Source of the DNA: an uncultured Myxococcales bacterium
GTDB taxonomy: Bacteria; Myxococcota_A; Polyangia; Palsa-1104; JAEUJZ01
Reading direction: 5' to 3'
DNA: 64,000 nucleotides
NCBI GenBank assembly: GCA_964554495.1
Contig: CAZKOY010000002.1
Span: 15,408-79,407 of the forward strand
The translations under genes and the position numbers were made by a program. The notes below the pieces were generated by a model. That model saw only the letters and a list, made by a program, of their open reading frames with translations. It was not told where the DNA came from and ran no database searches. Numbering within the stretch: position 1 is the stretch's first letter; the number at the start of each line of letters is the position of its first letter. Below are positions 9,651-18,881 of the stretch, piece after piece.

Positions 9651-10374
9651 CAGCGATTTCGCAGGCCCGCTGCAACACTGCATCCAGCATCGCGGTGGTC
9701 AGGCGACCGGTAAAGGTGTTCTGCTGCGACACGTGATAGCAGTCGATGAGCACCCGACCCGAGGGCAGCGGATGCTCGCCGCTGTGAGCAAAAACACAGC
9801 GCGCGGATCCAGTCGCTGCCAGCACCGCCGCGTGCGCCAACCCACCGAGCGCGACAACGACGCGAAGCTCACGCAGTAGCGCTAGCTCTTGCCGCAAGAA
9901 GGCGACGCAGCGATCTAGCTCGGCCGGCGTCGGACGATTGGCGGGAGGCGCGCAGCGGCCCGCGACGCTGATATAGACCCCATGCAGCCACAGACCGTCG
10001 TCGGAAGCTGTCGACTCCGCCTGCGAGGCAAGGCCTGCGCGATTCAGAGCCGCAAACAAAAAGTCCCCACTGCGATCGCCAGTAAACAGTCGCCCGGTGC
10101 GATTGGCGCCGTGCGCAGCAGGAGCCAAGCCAACGATCAGCAAGCGAGCCTGCGGATCGCCGAAGCCGGGCACCGGCCGGCCGTGATAGTCCCAGTCGGC
10201 GTAGCGCTTGACCTTGGTCGCTGCGACCTCGTGACAGTACCGGCGTAAGCGCGAACAAGCACCGCAGGTCGGAATCAGTGCTTCCAAGTCCGCCATCGAT
10301 GAACAATCCGCCGCAAGGCGCGGCGCGGCCCGATTGCCCAGGTTGGGACGACGCGTGTTTTTGGGGTCCGTCAC
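9628..10374 (-). CDS. Uracil-DNA glycosylase, family 4/5 (UdgB-like, Fe-S type)
   Basis: CGACSRLRRYC cysteine cluster. GLAPAAHGANRTGRLFTGD motif (the GLAPA variant typical of family 5). The start may instead be the internal ATG at 10296 (MADLEAL...). Confidence 0.75.
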   Translation of the reverse strand: MTDPKNTRRPNLGNRAAPRLAADCSSMADLEALIPTCGACSRLRRYCHEVAATKVKRYADWDYHGRPVPGFGDPQARLLIVGLAPAAHGANRTGRLFTGDRSGDFLFAALNRAGLASQAESTASDDGLWLHGVYISVAGRCAPPANRPTPAELDRCVAFLRQELALLRELRVVVALGGLAHAAVLAATGSARCVFAHSGEHPLPSGRVLIDCYHVSQQNTFTGRLTTAMLDAVLQRACEIAELPRTPR

Positions 10375-10593
10375 GTCGTCACCTTATCACGCCACCCACT
10401 CGATGAAGCCGCCGCGGGTCCCCCACTTCTCCCCACAGTGCGTTGTCCGACAGCGCCCCCAAGAGTCACGGCCCCCGACGAGGCGAGGCTTGAAAAACCG
10501 CTCGCTACCTAGGTAATCTAGTTTTATGCCGCATTCTGATCTCTGCGCCATAAGCGCGCGTAAGGGCGTGCTGTTTTCTAGGAGTGCTGTGCT

Positions 10594-13500
10594 GTGACGA
10601 CCAAAAATCCATACTGGATCGTCGGCAATCAAGAAGGGCGCGCCTACGTCGAGCGTGATGCGGATATCAAGCTCCGCCGCGAGCTGACAGATAACCAGCG
10701 CTACTTGTTTCTGTACGGCCCGCGGCACAGCGGAACGTCGAGCCTCATCGTCCACTGCATGGACAGCCTCTCGCCTGGACAGTATTGCTGCACGCGAGTC
10801 GACGTCTCGCGCTTGCCGCTCAACGACTACGCGACGTTTATCGGCCGCTTGCTTGAGACCGTCGCGCAGGATACTGCGCTCGACAAGCAAGTCATCCGAA
10901 CCGATGCGCCCGAGGAAACGATCCTGTCCTGGCTGGGCACATTCCCCCAGCGACTGGTGTTGTTCCTCGACGAAGTGCATTCGCTGGCGCGGGCGCCATT
11001 CCGCGATCAGCTCTTTGGCAAGCTGCGATTTCTGTACAACGTCCGCGTCGAAAACACGCAGTACAGTCGCCTGCAAGTTGTCCTCGCGGGTGCCGCGCAT
11101 CCCGAGCGCCTGATTCCACCGGCCTTGGCAACTCCGTTTGCCGGAGGCGCCATTGGCGTGCCTCCGCTTTCCATCAAGCAGGTCGAAAAGCTGTCCTGGG
11201 ATCTGGAAACCGCGCAGGTACCCATCGACCCGCAGATCAGCCACTTCCTGGCGCAGCAGACGGGCGGGAATGTTCACCTCTGCCAGCTCGTCCTGCACAC
11301 GCTGTGGAACGATGCCGCGCAGTCTCGCTCGGCCATCACGGTGGCCGATGCCGAGCGCACCATCGACCGCTTGGTCCACACAGCCGAGAAGGTCCCGCAT
11401 TTCATGGCCATCTATCAGGCCATGACGGATGACCCGGGTCGCTTGACGGCATTTCTGATGTTTGTCCTCGGCACGCCACCCGATAGCGGAATGTTGCGCG
11501 ACATCAGTCTGATCGGTCTGTGCGACTCGGAAAACCCCTTTGCCTGTCCGATCTATGAGCGCGTGTTTGGCCCTGCAGGTCCACTCGATCTGCAGCAGGC
11601 AATGGCCCGCATGAACGCAGCGCAGAGCGAAAGCGCGCCCTCGCAGCGAACGCCGCAGGTACACATCGAGCCACCCAGTGAAGCCCGCCGCGAGCACTCC
11701 CTGCTGGCCCGCCTGGCTGAAGCCTCTCGCATTACTCCGCAGCGCGACATCAACCCCTTCGCGCTACCCAATACGGAAGCCGAGGCTCTTCCAGAACCCC
11801 CAATGCTGGCTGCCGCGCTGCCTGAACCCCCTCGCCCAAGCCCAGTGAGCCTGTCTTCCTCGGTTGAGTCGCTGCCCGCTTTGATCGATCTGCAGGCCGA
11901 TTCCTCGGCGGACTTCTTGGGCCTTCCTGGGGCTGGCGGACTTGCCATTCCCTCTTTGTCTCTAGAGCCATCGGGTCCCACTCTCACCTCACGAGTGCCG
12001 GCCGCGGCAGCCGCTGCCAGCAACGCTGGGCAGTCATCCGACGCTGTAGTCGAGATCGATCAGACCCAAGAAGACGAGTCGACGTGGGTCGAAGATCCGG
12101 TCAAGGAAATGACCAATCAGCTGGCTGCCGCCCGCGCTGAAAAGGCTCGCGTTGAAGCGGCAAGCCCGACGGACCCAAAAGCTGATCCGAAGCTCAACGC
12201 ACTCCGAGAGACACTGGAAAACAAGCTCATGCTCTCGGCGGAGCTGGATTCCTTCTGCACCAGCTTCTTCCCGCATGTCGCTGAGAAGTTCGTGCTCGGC
12301 ATGTCGCGGCAAGAAAAGACGGATCTCTTGCTGTCGCTGGTCGCGCCCAAAGACATCAACCGACGGCTGCGGGAATGGTCAAGTCGACTTGACGTTCGGC
12401 AAGACATCGTCAACGTCGTTGCCAGCAGCAAGCCAAGCCCCGCTGCGCCGGCCGAAGCGGACAAGCCAAACGGGCAGCCCGCCGCGCCAAGTCCCTCAAC
12501 CGTTGCTGGCCCTGCGCCCTCACCGGCCGCAAGCTCGCCGGTCGCTGCGCTGTCCACGGCCGCTTCGCCGCCAGCAGCGCTGAGCAGCGCAGCGGGTTCG
12601 GCCACCGACGAACCAGCCAACTACAAGCCGCCGATGAATGCGTTGCAGGTTGGGGTTGGACTGGTCCTAGCAAACCGCTACTTCCTCACCAACGAGCTTG
12701 CTCGTGGCCCGGTCGCTGTGGTGTGGAGCGCATACGATCGCATCAAGGATGAACAGGTTGCATTGAAGCTTCTGCATGGTGCAACCGCCGAGAAGTCCGC
12801 GGTTCTTGAGGTGTTCTGGCGCAGCGCGCATCAGATGGCAGCGCTTTCGCACCCGGCGATCGTCGGCATCCTGAACAAGCCGCGCGAAGAGAACGAGATC
12901 CACTACGTCGTAGTGGAGTGCCTGTCCGGTGGCAACCTGCGTCAGTGGGTGCAAGGCGGCAAGCTGTCTCGCGTACACATCATGCGCGTCTTGCAGCGCC
13001 TGGGCGCGGGACTGCAATACGCGCATGAGCGACGCGTGCTGCATCGCAACATCAAACCGACCAATATCCTGTTTGACAGCACCGGCCACGCACGTCTGAC
13101 CGACTTTGGAATGGTGTGGCCACCAGAGGCCATCAGCGACGCAGAGACGCGCAGCGATCGGCTGACCTATACCGCACCAGAAGAGCAGCTTGCCGGCAGC
13201 ACTGGCGACCCACGCGCCGACGTGTACTCGCTGGGTATGTGCGCTCTTTACGCCATCTATGGTCAAGAGCTTCCCAGCCGTGCCGTGCAAGACCGCGGTG
13301 CCTTTATCGATCAGCTAGATGCGACTCCGCAGCTCAAGGCGGTCCTGCGCCGTGCGACCGCCGGCAGTCCAAGTGAGCGCTACGCGTCGGCTGCCGAGTT
13401 CTGCCGCGCCTTGGACTTCGACGCGCCCATGTTGCCGGGAGTCAGTCCGCGTAACTCGATTCCTCCCGAGGGCCAGCGATACTCAGAGCGAAGCGGCGCC

Positions 13501-14901
13501 ATCCAAGCGCTGCCCTCTGCGACATCGCTGAGTGGGCGCGGAACGGCTCCGGCCCCCCCTGTGCCCGCGGCGCCACCGCCCCCAATCCCCGAGGCCACAG
13601 CAATGCGCGCCGGCCAGCCAGCAGGTGGCGCTGCCGACAACCAGGCCCCGATGCCGCAGCTTGCCATGCCGCCCCTTTTGTTTTCGGATCCGCAGGCGCC
13701 GCGCCTCGATCCGGCGGCCCGCGACGTGGCCTTGCCGCCCCGTGTCCAAGCTCCCCAGCCGGTTTTTGTCAGCAATACGGGCGGCACACCGGGGGGAATG
13801 GCTGCGCCGGTTGCGGTGGCGCCCCATCCAGGTGCGATGCAGCGGCCAGCATCCGGTCGTTGGCAGCCGTTTGCCATGATGGGCTTGGCGCTGCTAGCCG
13901 TCGGTGGTGCAGGCTTGGGCTATTGGTGGGGTGGCCAGCGCAGCAACCTGCCGGCCGCGAACCATCCTGGCACAGACAACACCACCGGGACACCGCAGCA
14001 AGTGGCAGTTAATCGCCCTCTGCGCGTCGAGAGCTTGCTGCCCCCCGCTGATCCGACGCCTCCGACGCCTCCACCGACGACAACAACCAAACAAGAGCCC
14101 GCCACGGCCGAGGCCAAGCCGGTTCCAGCCCAGAAACCGACTCCGACGACGGCACAGACAGCATCCGCACAGGCCACAAATGCAGTGGCCCAGAAACCAT
14201 CCGCGGTTGCCAAGTCGCTGGCTGGCATTCAAGTTGCGGCCGCTCCCGGTCAACCTGCCGCGAAGACGGCACCGCTGCCCATCGCGAAAAAAACGACGGC
14301 ACCGGCAGCACCCGCGCAGAACGCAGCGGTTACAGCCGCAGCGGCAACCAAGCCTGTCGCGCCGCTAGAGCAAAAGCCGACGGCGATCGCGCAGGTCAAG
14401 CCGGTCAGCCCTGCTGCGGCGGTGCGCCCGTCCGCGCCTGCCACCAAGCCAGCGCTCGTCGCAGCCAATACACCGCGCCCGCTTGCTGCACAGCCAAAGC
14501 CTGTGCAGCGCCCGCTGGCAGCGACGCCCGCTGTGCAAGCGTACCGACCACAGGCCGTGCAGCGCCCCGTGGCCCTGCCCCCGCCCCCGCGGCCCACCGC
14601 CCCCGCTGAGTCACAAGGTCCGTCCACGGAAGCGGCTCTGCAGGCCGCACAGCAGGCGTTTGTCCGCGGCCAGCATCACCAAGCCATCTCGCTGGCGATG
14701 CAGGTCACAAGCAAGGGCGGCCCTGACGCAGTAAAAGCCTGGCGGTTCGTCGGTGGCGCGGCGTGCAGCTCGGGTCAAGCACAGCTAGCCACCAATGCCT
14801 ACAACCACCTGCGCGATCCCGAGCATCGACGAATGCTCATCGAGCTTTGTCGTCGCAACGGCCTGCAGCACAACGGGTCACAGTTTTCATCGGACGAATA
14901 G
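10594..14901 (+). CDS. Multidomain membrane protein: AAA-like NTPase (degenerate P-loop) + helical death-like/EAD-like module + Ser/Thr pseudokinase (HRN) + TM + Pro/Ala/Thr-rich region + conserved C-terminal module
   Basis: GTG start preceded by an AGGAG RBS. LFLYGPRHSGTSSL / LVLFLDEVH (Walker A/B-like). Kinase motifs VALKLL, HRNIKPTN, DFG, YTAPE. TM segment FAMMGLALLAVGGAGLGYWWG. C-terminal AWRFVGGAAC module. Confidence 0.8.
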   Translation: MTTKNPYWIVGNQEGRAYVERDADIKLRRELTDNQRYLFLYGPRHSGTSSLIVHCMDSLSPGQYCCTRVDVSRLPLNDYATFIGRLLETVAQDTALDKQVIRTDAPEETILSWLGTFPQRLVLFLDEVHSLARAPFRDQLFGKLRFLYNVRVENTQYSRLQVVLAGAAHPERLIPPALATPFAGGAIGVPPLSIKQVEKLSWDLETAQVPIDPQISHFLAQQTGGNVHLCQLVLHTLWNDAAQSRSAITVADAERTIDRLVHTAEKVPHFMAIYQAMTDDPGRLTAFLMFVLGTPPDSGMLRDISLIGLCDSENPFACPIYERVFGPAGPLDLQQAMARMNAAQSESAPSQRTPQVHIEPPSEARREHSLLARLAEASRITPQRDINPFALPNTEAEALPEPPMLAAALPEPPRPSPVSLSSSVESLPALIDLQADSSADFLGLPGAGGLAIPSLSLEPSGPTLTSRVPAAAAAASNAGQSSDAVVEIDQTQEDESTWVEDPVKEMTNQLAAARAEKARVEAASPTDPKADPKLNALRETLENKLMLSAELDSFCTSFFPHVAEKFVLGMSRQEKTDLLLSLVAPKDINRRLREWSSRLDVRQDIVNVVASSKPSPAAPAEADKPNGQPAAPSPSTVAGPAPSPAASSPVAALSTAASPPAALSSAAGSATDEPANYKPPMNALQVGVGLVLANRYFLTNELARGPVAVVWSAYDRIKDEQVALKLLHGATAEKSAVLEVFWRSAHQMAALSHPAIVGILNKPREENEIHYVVVECLSGGNLRQWVQGGKLSRVHIMRVLQRLGAGLQYAHERRVLHRNIKPTNILFDSTGHARLTDFGMVWPPEAISDAETRSDRLTYTAPEEQLAGSTGDPRADVYSLGMCALYAIYGQELPSRAVQDRGAFIDQLDATPQLKAVLRRATAGSPSERYASAAEFCRALDFDAPMLPGVSPRNSIPPEGQRYSERSGAIQALPSATSLSGRGTAPAPPVPAAPPPPIPEATAMRAGQPAGGAADNQAPMPQLAMPPLLFSDPQAPRLDPAARDVALPPRVQAPQPVFVSNTGGTPGGMAAPVAVAPHPGAMQRPASGRWQPFAMMGLALLAVGGAGLGYWWGGQRSNLPAANHPGTDNTTGTPQQVAVNRPLRVESLLPPADPTPPTPPPTTTTKQEPATAEAKPVPAQKPTPTTAQTASAQATNAVAQKPSAVAKSLAGIQVAAAPGQPAAKTAPLPIAKKTTAPAAPAQNAAVTAAAATKPVAPLEQKPTAIAQVKPVSPAAAVRPSAPATKPALVAANTPRPLAAQPKPVQRPLAATPAVQAYRPQAVQRPVALPPPPRPTAPAESQGPSTEAALQAAQQAFVRGQHHQAISLAMQVTSKGGPDAVKAWRFVGGAACSSGQAQLATNAYNHLRDPEHRRMLIELCRRNGLQHNGSQFSSDE

Positions 14902-14975
14902 GGCTCACCAAGAACTGCACAGGCGCTCGGCAAGAGCGCTCTCTGGTGCGAGCCGACCCCGTTATAATCCCGCCC

Positions 14976-16262
14976 ATGTCACGCTTGCGTCACACGCTGC
15001 GCTTGATTGCCCGCGCGTTTGTGATCCTGTTCTTGATGGGACGCACGGCGCTCATCTACGCGCTCGGCTGGTGTGCCATGCGCCTTCGGGGTGAGCCGCT
15101 CGCTGAGCGCCAGCGTTTTTTCGGCGGCTGCGTCTTCACCTTGTTTCGTGACCTAGGCGCGACCTTCATCAAGGTTGGCCAGATCATGTCGACGCGGCCC
15201 GATCTGCTGCCGCCACACATCATTACGGCGCTGCAGCGGCTTCAGGACGACGTCGGCCCATTCCCATTCGCCCTGGTAAAACAGACCATTGAGACAGACT
15301 TTCAGCAGCCGCTTGACGCACTCTTCTCAGATTTTGCAGAGGCCCCGATTGCCTCTGCCTCCGTCGCACAAGTCCACCGCGCGCGGCTCAAGACAGGCGA
15401 GCTAGTGGCGGTCAAAGTCAGGCGTCCGGACATCGAAGAGCTCTGCGGTTTTGACCTGTCTGTCATGCGAATGTACGCCTCGGTCCTGGAGTTTTTTCCA
15501 TCGCTCAAGCTGCTGGCCCCGCGCGAGAGCATCGAACAGTTTGGCCGCGCGATTGGCTTGCAGCTCGACTTCAGCGTCGAGGCAAGAAACAATCACCGCT
15601 TCCGAACGAACTTCGCCAGCGAGCCCGATGTCATCGTGCCAGCGCTCTTCGAGTCCCTGTGTAGCAAGCGGGTCCTGGTGATGGAGTTCATCGAGGGCGT
15701 GAAGATCCTCGACTTCCAACGCTCGGGCCTTGAGCCGAGCCGGTTGGGTCGGCTCGGCTTCCGCATCATGCTGAAGATGGTCTTTTCCGACGGGTTTGTG
15801 CATGCCGACCTGCACCCAGGCAACATCTTGGTCACGCCCGCCGGGAAAGTGGCCCTACTCGATCTTGGCTTGGTCGCCGATCTAGACGACAGCCATCGCA
15901 CGGCTTTTGCTCGGTATTTCGCGGCCTGGGCACAAGGGGATGGCCAGACCATGGCCGATATCATGGTCAAGCATTCTCCGTCGCCGACCGTTGGAGATCT
16001 CGACGGATTCCGCAGCGCCGTGCAAGGCTTTGTCAACCGCTATCACGGCAAGCGTCTGGGAGAGGTCGAAGTCGCCCGTGTGGTGTTCGAAATGATGCAG
16101 ATCCTGCGACGCTATCGCGTCCGAGTGAACGCCACCTTTACCATGGTCAACATCGCCATCGCCGTGACCGAAGGAATTGGCAAGCAGCTCGACCCCTCAC
16201 TCGATCTAATGAATGAAGCCATGCCGTTCTTTATCAACATGCACTTCCCGACGGCGCTATGA
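14976..16262 (+). CDS. ABC1/UbiB-family atypical kinase
   Basis: Start trimmed to the ATG at 14976 (MSRLRHTLRL...). GATFIKVGQIMSTRPDLLP, ASASVAQVHRA, HADLHPGNIL are ABC1 family hallmarks. Confidence 0.8.
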   Translation: MSRLRHTLRLIARAFVILFLMGRTALIYALGWCAMRLRGEPLAERQRFFGGCVFTLFRDLGATFIKVGQIMSTRPDLLPPHIITALQRLQDDVGPFPFALVKQTIETDFQQPLDALFSDFAEAPIASASVAQVHRARLKTGELVAVKVRRPDIEELCGFDLSVMRMYASVLEFFPSLKLLAPRESIEQFGRAIGLQLDFSVEARNNHRFRTNFASEPDVIVPALFESLCSKRVLVMEFIEGVKILDFQRSGLEPSRLGRLGFRIMLKMVFSDGFVHADLHPGNILVTPAGKVALLDLGLVADLDDSHRTAFARYFAAWAQGDGQTMADIMVKHSPSPTVGDLDGFRSAVQGFVNRYHGKRLGEVEVARVVFEMMQILRRYRVRVNATFTMVNIAIAVTEGIGKQLDPSLDLMNEAMPFFINMHFPTAL

Positions 16263-16295
16263 TGAATTACTGAAGAGTTGCATGGCTTTCTCTGA

Positions 16296-16784
16296 ATGAA
16301 CACCGAGTCCCCAGCGATTCTCGAACGCATCCTGCGCGTGCTTCCGGTCTCCAGTCAGCAGCGCTTGCTCATCATGGGCTGGGAAGAATTTCCACCGCCC
16401 CGTGACCCAGCCCGTCTGCTATTACGTGCGCTCGGAGCCCCGACGCCCGTGCATCTCGTCGACTTGGAGATCGAGACTGAGCGCTTCCTGGGCCAACACG
16501 TCGTCACGCAGGGAATCATTCAGCCGCCCAGCAGTCCCGATGGCAGCGCGATGCTGGGGCGACTCTCGCTCTGCCTCTCGCTCCTGCCCCCCAGCCAGCT
16601 GCTCTTGGCGCAGCGTCTCACCGAGCGCTGCCGTCTGACAGGCGTGCTTCTTGAAACCTCGGCGGCTGAGACTTCCGACAGGCTCCGCTTCCCGCGCCCT
16701 GCCCGTGTGATTCCTGTGCCATATCAGCCCCCGCCTCTTGCATCTCTTGCAGTCGTGGCTATTTCTAGCGAGCACCCGAGCTAA
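16296..16784 (+). CDS. Hypothetical protein (162 aa)
   Basis: ORF with GC-rich third positions, 33 nt after the ABC1 kinase gene. No recognisable motif. Confidence 0.4.
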   Translation: MNTESPAILERILRVLPVSSQQRLLIMGWEEFPPPRDPARLLLRALGAPTPVHLVDLEIETERFLGQHVVTQGIIQPPSSPDGSAMLGRLSLCLSLLPPSQLLLAQRLTERCRLTGVLLETSAAETSDRLRFPRPARVIPVPYQPPPLASLAVVAISSEHPS

Positions 16785-17169
16785 AGCGTAACTGGCAAAG
16801 CCGATCTAGGACCGCCTGCGCCGAGGCGTATCTCGTGCAGAGTCAGCGCCGTGTTTTCGAACGCTAGATCGGAAGGGTGATTGACGCGTTTCAGACTCAC
16901 CGCGCATCGAACGTGACAAGAACACGCCCCTTGGGTTGCCCGGAATGAACCGGGCATTAGACTTGTTTGGTAGGGGAATGTTGGGCTAGGCAGCAGCCTC
17001 CTCGCATCCCGTTTGCTTGCCGATGTTCGGCGAATAGCGACGGATTCCCGCGAATACCCAGCATCCCAAAGCAGTCCCACTACGCTGACCGGGTCGGTTG
17101 GTTGACCGATTGTGGTGCAGCGGAAGACGCCCCATGAGCAGTCTCTGCTCGTACGACAGGACACATCCC

Positions 17170-18762
17170 ATGAACCGTTACAGCACCTCAGCAGTAGCGT
17201 CCGATGTGGAAGAAGAAATCGAGGCAGGTGAACCCGTCGCTGAAGTCGAAGTAGAGACGGAGCCCAGCGACTCCAATGATTCCGTCCGCCAGTATCTAAG
17301 GCAGCTCGGCGCCGTTCCGTTGCTGAATCGTGAAGGCGAAGTCGCACTGGGCAAGCGAATGGCGGAAGGCAAGCGACGCGTCTTGTGCGCGGTGCTCTCG
17401 TGCCCGGCCGCCGTCCACGATCTGCTGGCTCTAAAAGAGGCGCTGCAGAGCGGTTCTGTGCGCCTGCGCGACGTCGTTTCGGACTTCGAAACAGAAGAAA
17501 GCGAAGAGATCGATGAGTCCGTCTATATGGATCGAGTCGTCTCGATGCTGGATGCCGCGCAGAATCACTATCGCGCCTGGCAGAAGCTGCGCCGCCCCTC
17601 CGCCACTCAGAAGGCTATGACCGAGGCACAGCGCACGCGTCTAGCAAAGCGTCAAAGCGAGCACAAACAAGCACTGTTCGATGTGGTCTCTTCGATGAAG
17701 ATCCACCCCAAGCAAATCGAGCAGCTCGCAAGTCGTGTCAAGTCGCTGGCCGAGCGCGCAAGTCATGCGAATGCAACCTTGCGGGCTATTGAAGAGCGCT
17801 CAGGGATCCCTGCTCAGGAGCTGCCACAGGCACTGCAGGATCTTTCGCGTTCGGACTCGCGGAAGCGCTCGCTCCTGCGGAAGCTTGGCTTGCGAGAAGA
17901 TGAGCTGACCGCCATGGCTAGCGACGCCACGCAAGCCCTTGCCACGCGAGCCCGCGTGGAACAGGAAGCAGGTATTGCGGCCTCGGCGCTGCTTGAGCTT
18001 GCGGCCGAGCTAGACGACGGCGAAAGGCTGGCGAATCAAGCGCGCCACGAGCTTCTTGAAGCCAACCTGCGGCTCGTCGTTTCGATCGCCAAGAAGTACA
18101 CCAACCACGGCATGCAGTTCCTGGACTTGATTCAAGAAGGCAACCTTGGACTGATGCGCGCAGTCGACAAGTTCGAGTACCAGCGTGGGTACAAGTTCTC
18201 GACGTATGCAACGTGGTGGATTCGTCAGGCGATCACGCGTGGCATCTTTGATCAGTCACGCACGATTCGCATCCCGGTCCACGTGTTCGAGACGGCTCGC
18301 AAGCTCTTCCGCATCTCGTACGAGCTCTCACGCACGCTCGGCCGCGAACCCACACCCGATGAGCTGGCAGAGCGCAGCGGCGTCCCTGTTCTCAAAGTGC
18401 GCCAAGTACTCAAGGCTGCCGCTCGTGAACCGGTTTCGTTGGACTCGCCCAGTGCGGTACGCGAAGGAAGCAGCCTCGGAGACATGCTGGAAGACCCATC
18501 GGCTCGTTCTGCGACCGATTCGTTGGTCGAAGCCGCGCTCGTCTTTCACACGCGCCAGATCCTCAAGAACCTGAACCCCCGCGAGCGGAAGATCCTGCGC
18601 ATGCGGTATGGCATTGAACAAGACTCGGACCGGACGCTCGAAGAGATCGGACAGAGCTTTGGGCTCTCGCGCGAGCGGATCCGTCAGCTGGAGGTACAAG
18701 CGCTGCGCAAGCTGCGTCATGCTAGTCAGACTCGCGAGCTCAAGTCCTTCATCGAGCCCTAG
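17170..18762 (+). CDS. rpoD: RpoD-family (group 1/2) sigma-70 factor
   Basis: Acidic N-terminus. Region 1.2 [26 protein letters not shown]. Region 2 [39 protein letters not shown]. Region 4.2 [29 protein letters not shown]. Start trimmed to the ATG at 17170. Confidence 0.85.
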   Translation: MNRYSTSAVASDVEEEIEAGEPVAEVEVETEPSDSNDSVRQYLRQLGAVPLLNREGEVALGKRMAEGKRRVLCAVLSCPAAVHDLLALKEALQSGSVRLRDVVSDFETEESEEIDESVYMDRVVSMLDAAQNHYRAWQKLRRPSATQKAMTEAQRTRLAKRQSEHKQALFDVVSSMKIHPKQIEQLASRVKSLAERASHANATLRAIEERSGIPAQELPQALQDLSRSDSRKRSLLRKLGLREDELTAMASDATQALATRARVEQEAGIAASALLELAAELDDGERLANQARHELLEANLRLVVSIAKKYTNHGMQFLDLIQEGNLGLMRAVDKFEYQRGYKFSTYATWWIRQAITRGIFDQSRTIRIPVHVFETARKLFRISYELSRTLGREPTPDELAERSGVPVLKVRQVLKAAAREPVSLDSPSAVREGSSLGDMLEDPSARSATDSLVEAALVFHTRQILKNLNPRERKILRMRYGIEQDSDRTLEEIGQSFGLSRERIRQLEVQALRKLRHASQTRELKSFIEP

Positions 18763-18881
18763 GCTCTTTCGCCAGGCACCAGCTTCTTGCTAGACCGCAA
18801 CGCCTTCGTTCAAGCCAATCACACTGCTCCCGGCAATATTCGCGCGACGCTCTGCCCGCCCGTGTACCATTCGGCAGAGTG

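Noticed and set aside
10387-11697. 436-aa ORF on the minus strand opposite the N-terminal part of the 10594..14901 gene.
   Set aside because: It is a mirror-frame ORF of a GC-rich gene. The sequence is Arg/Ala/Gly-rich and low in information with no motifs, whereas the plus-strand frame has clear Walker and kinase motifs.
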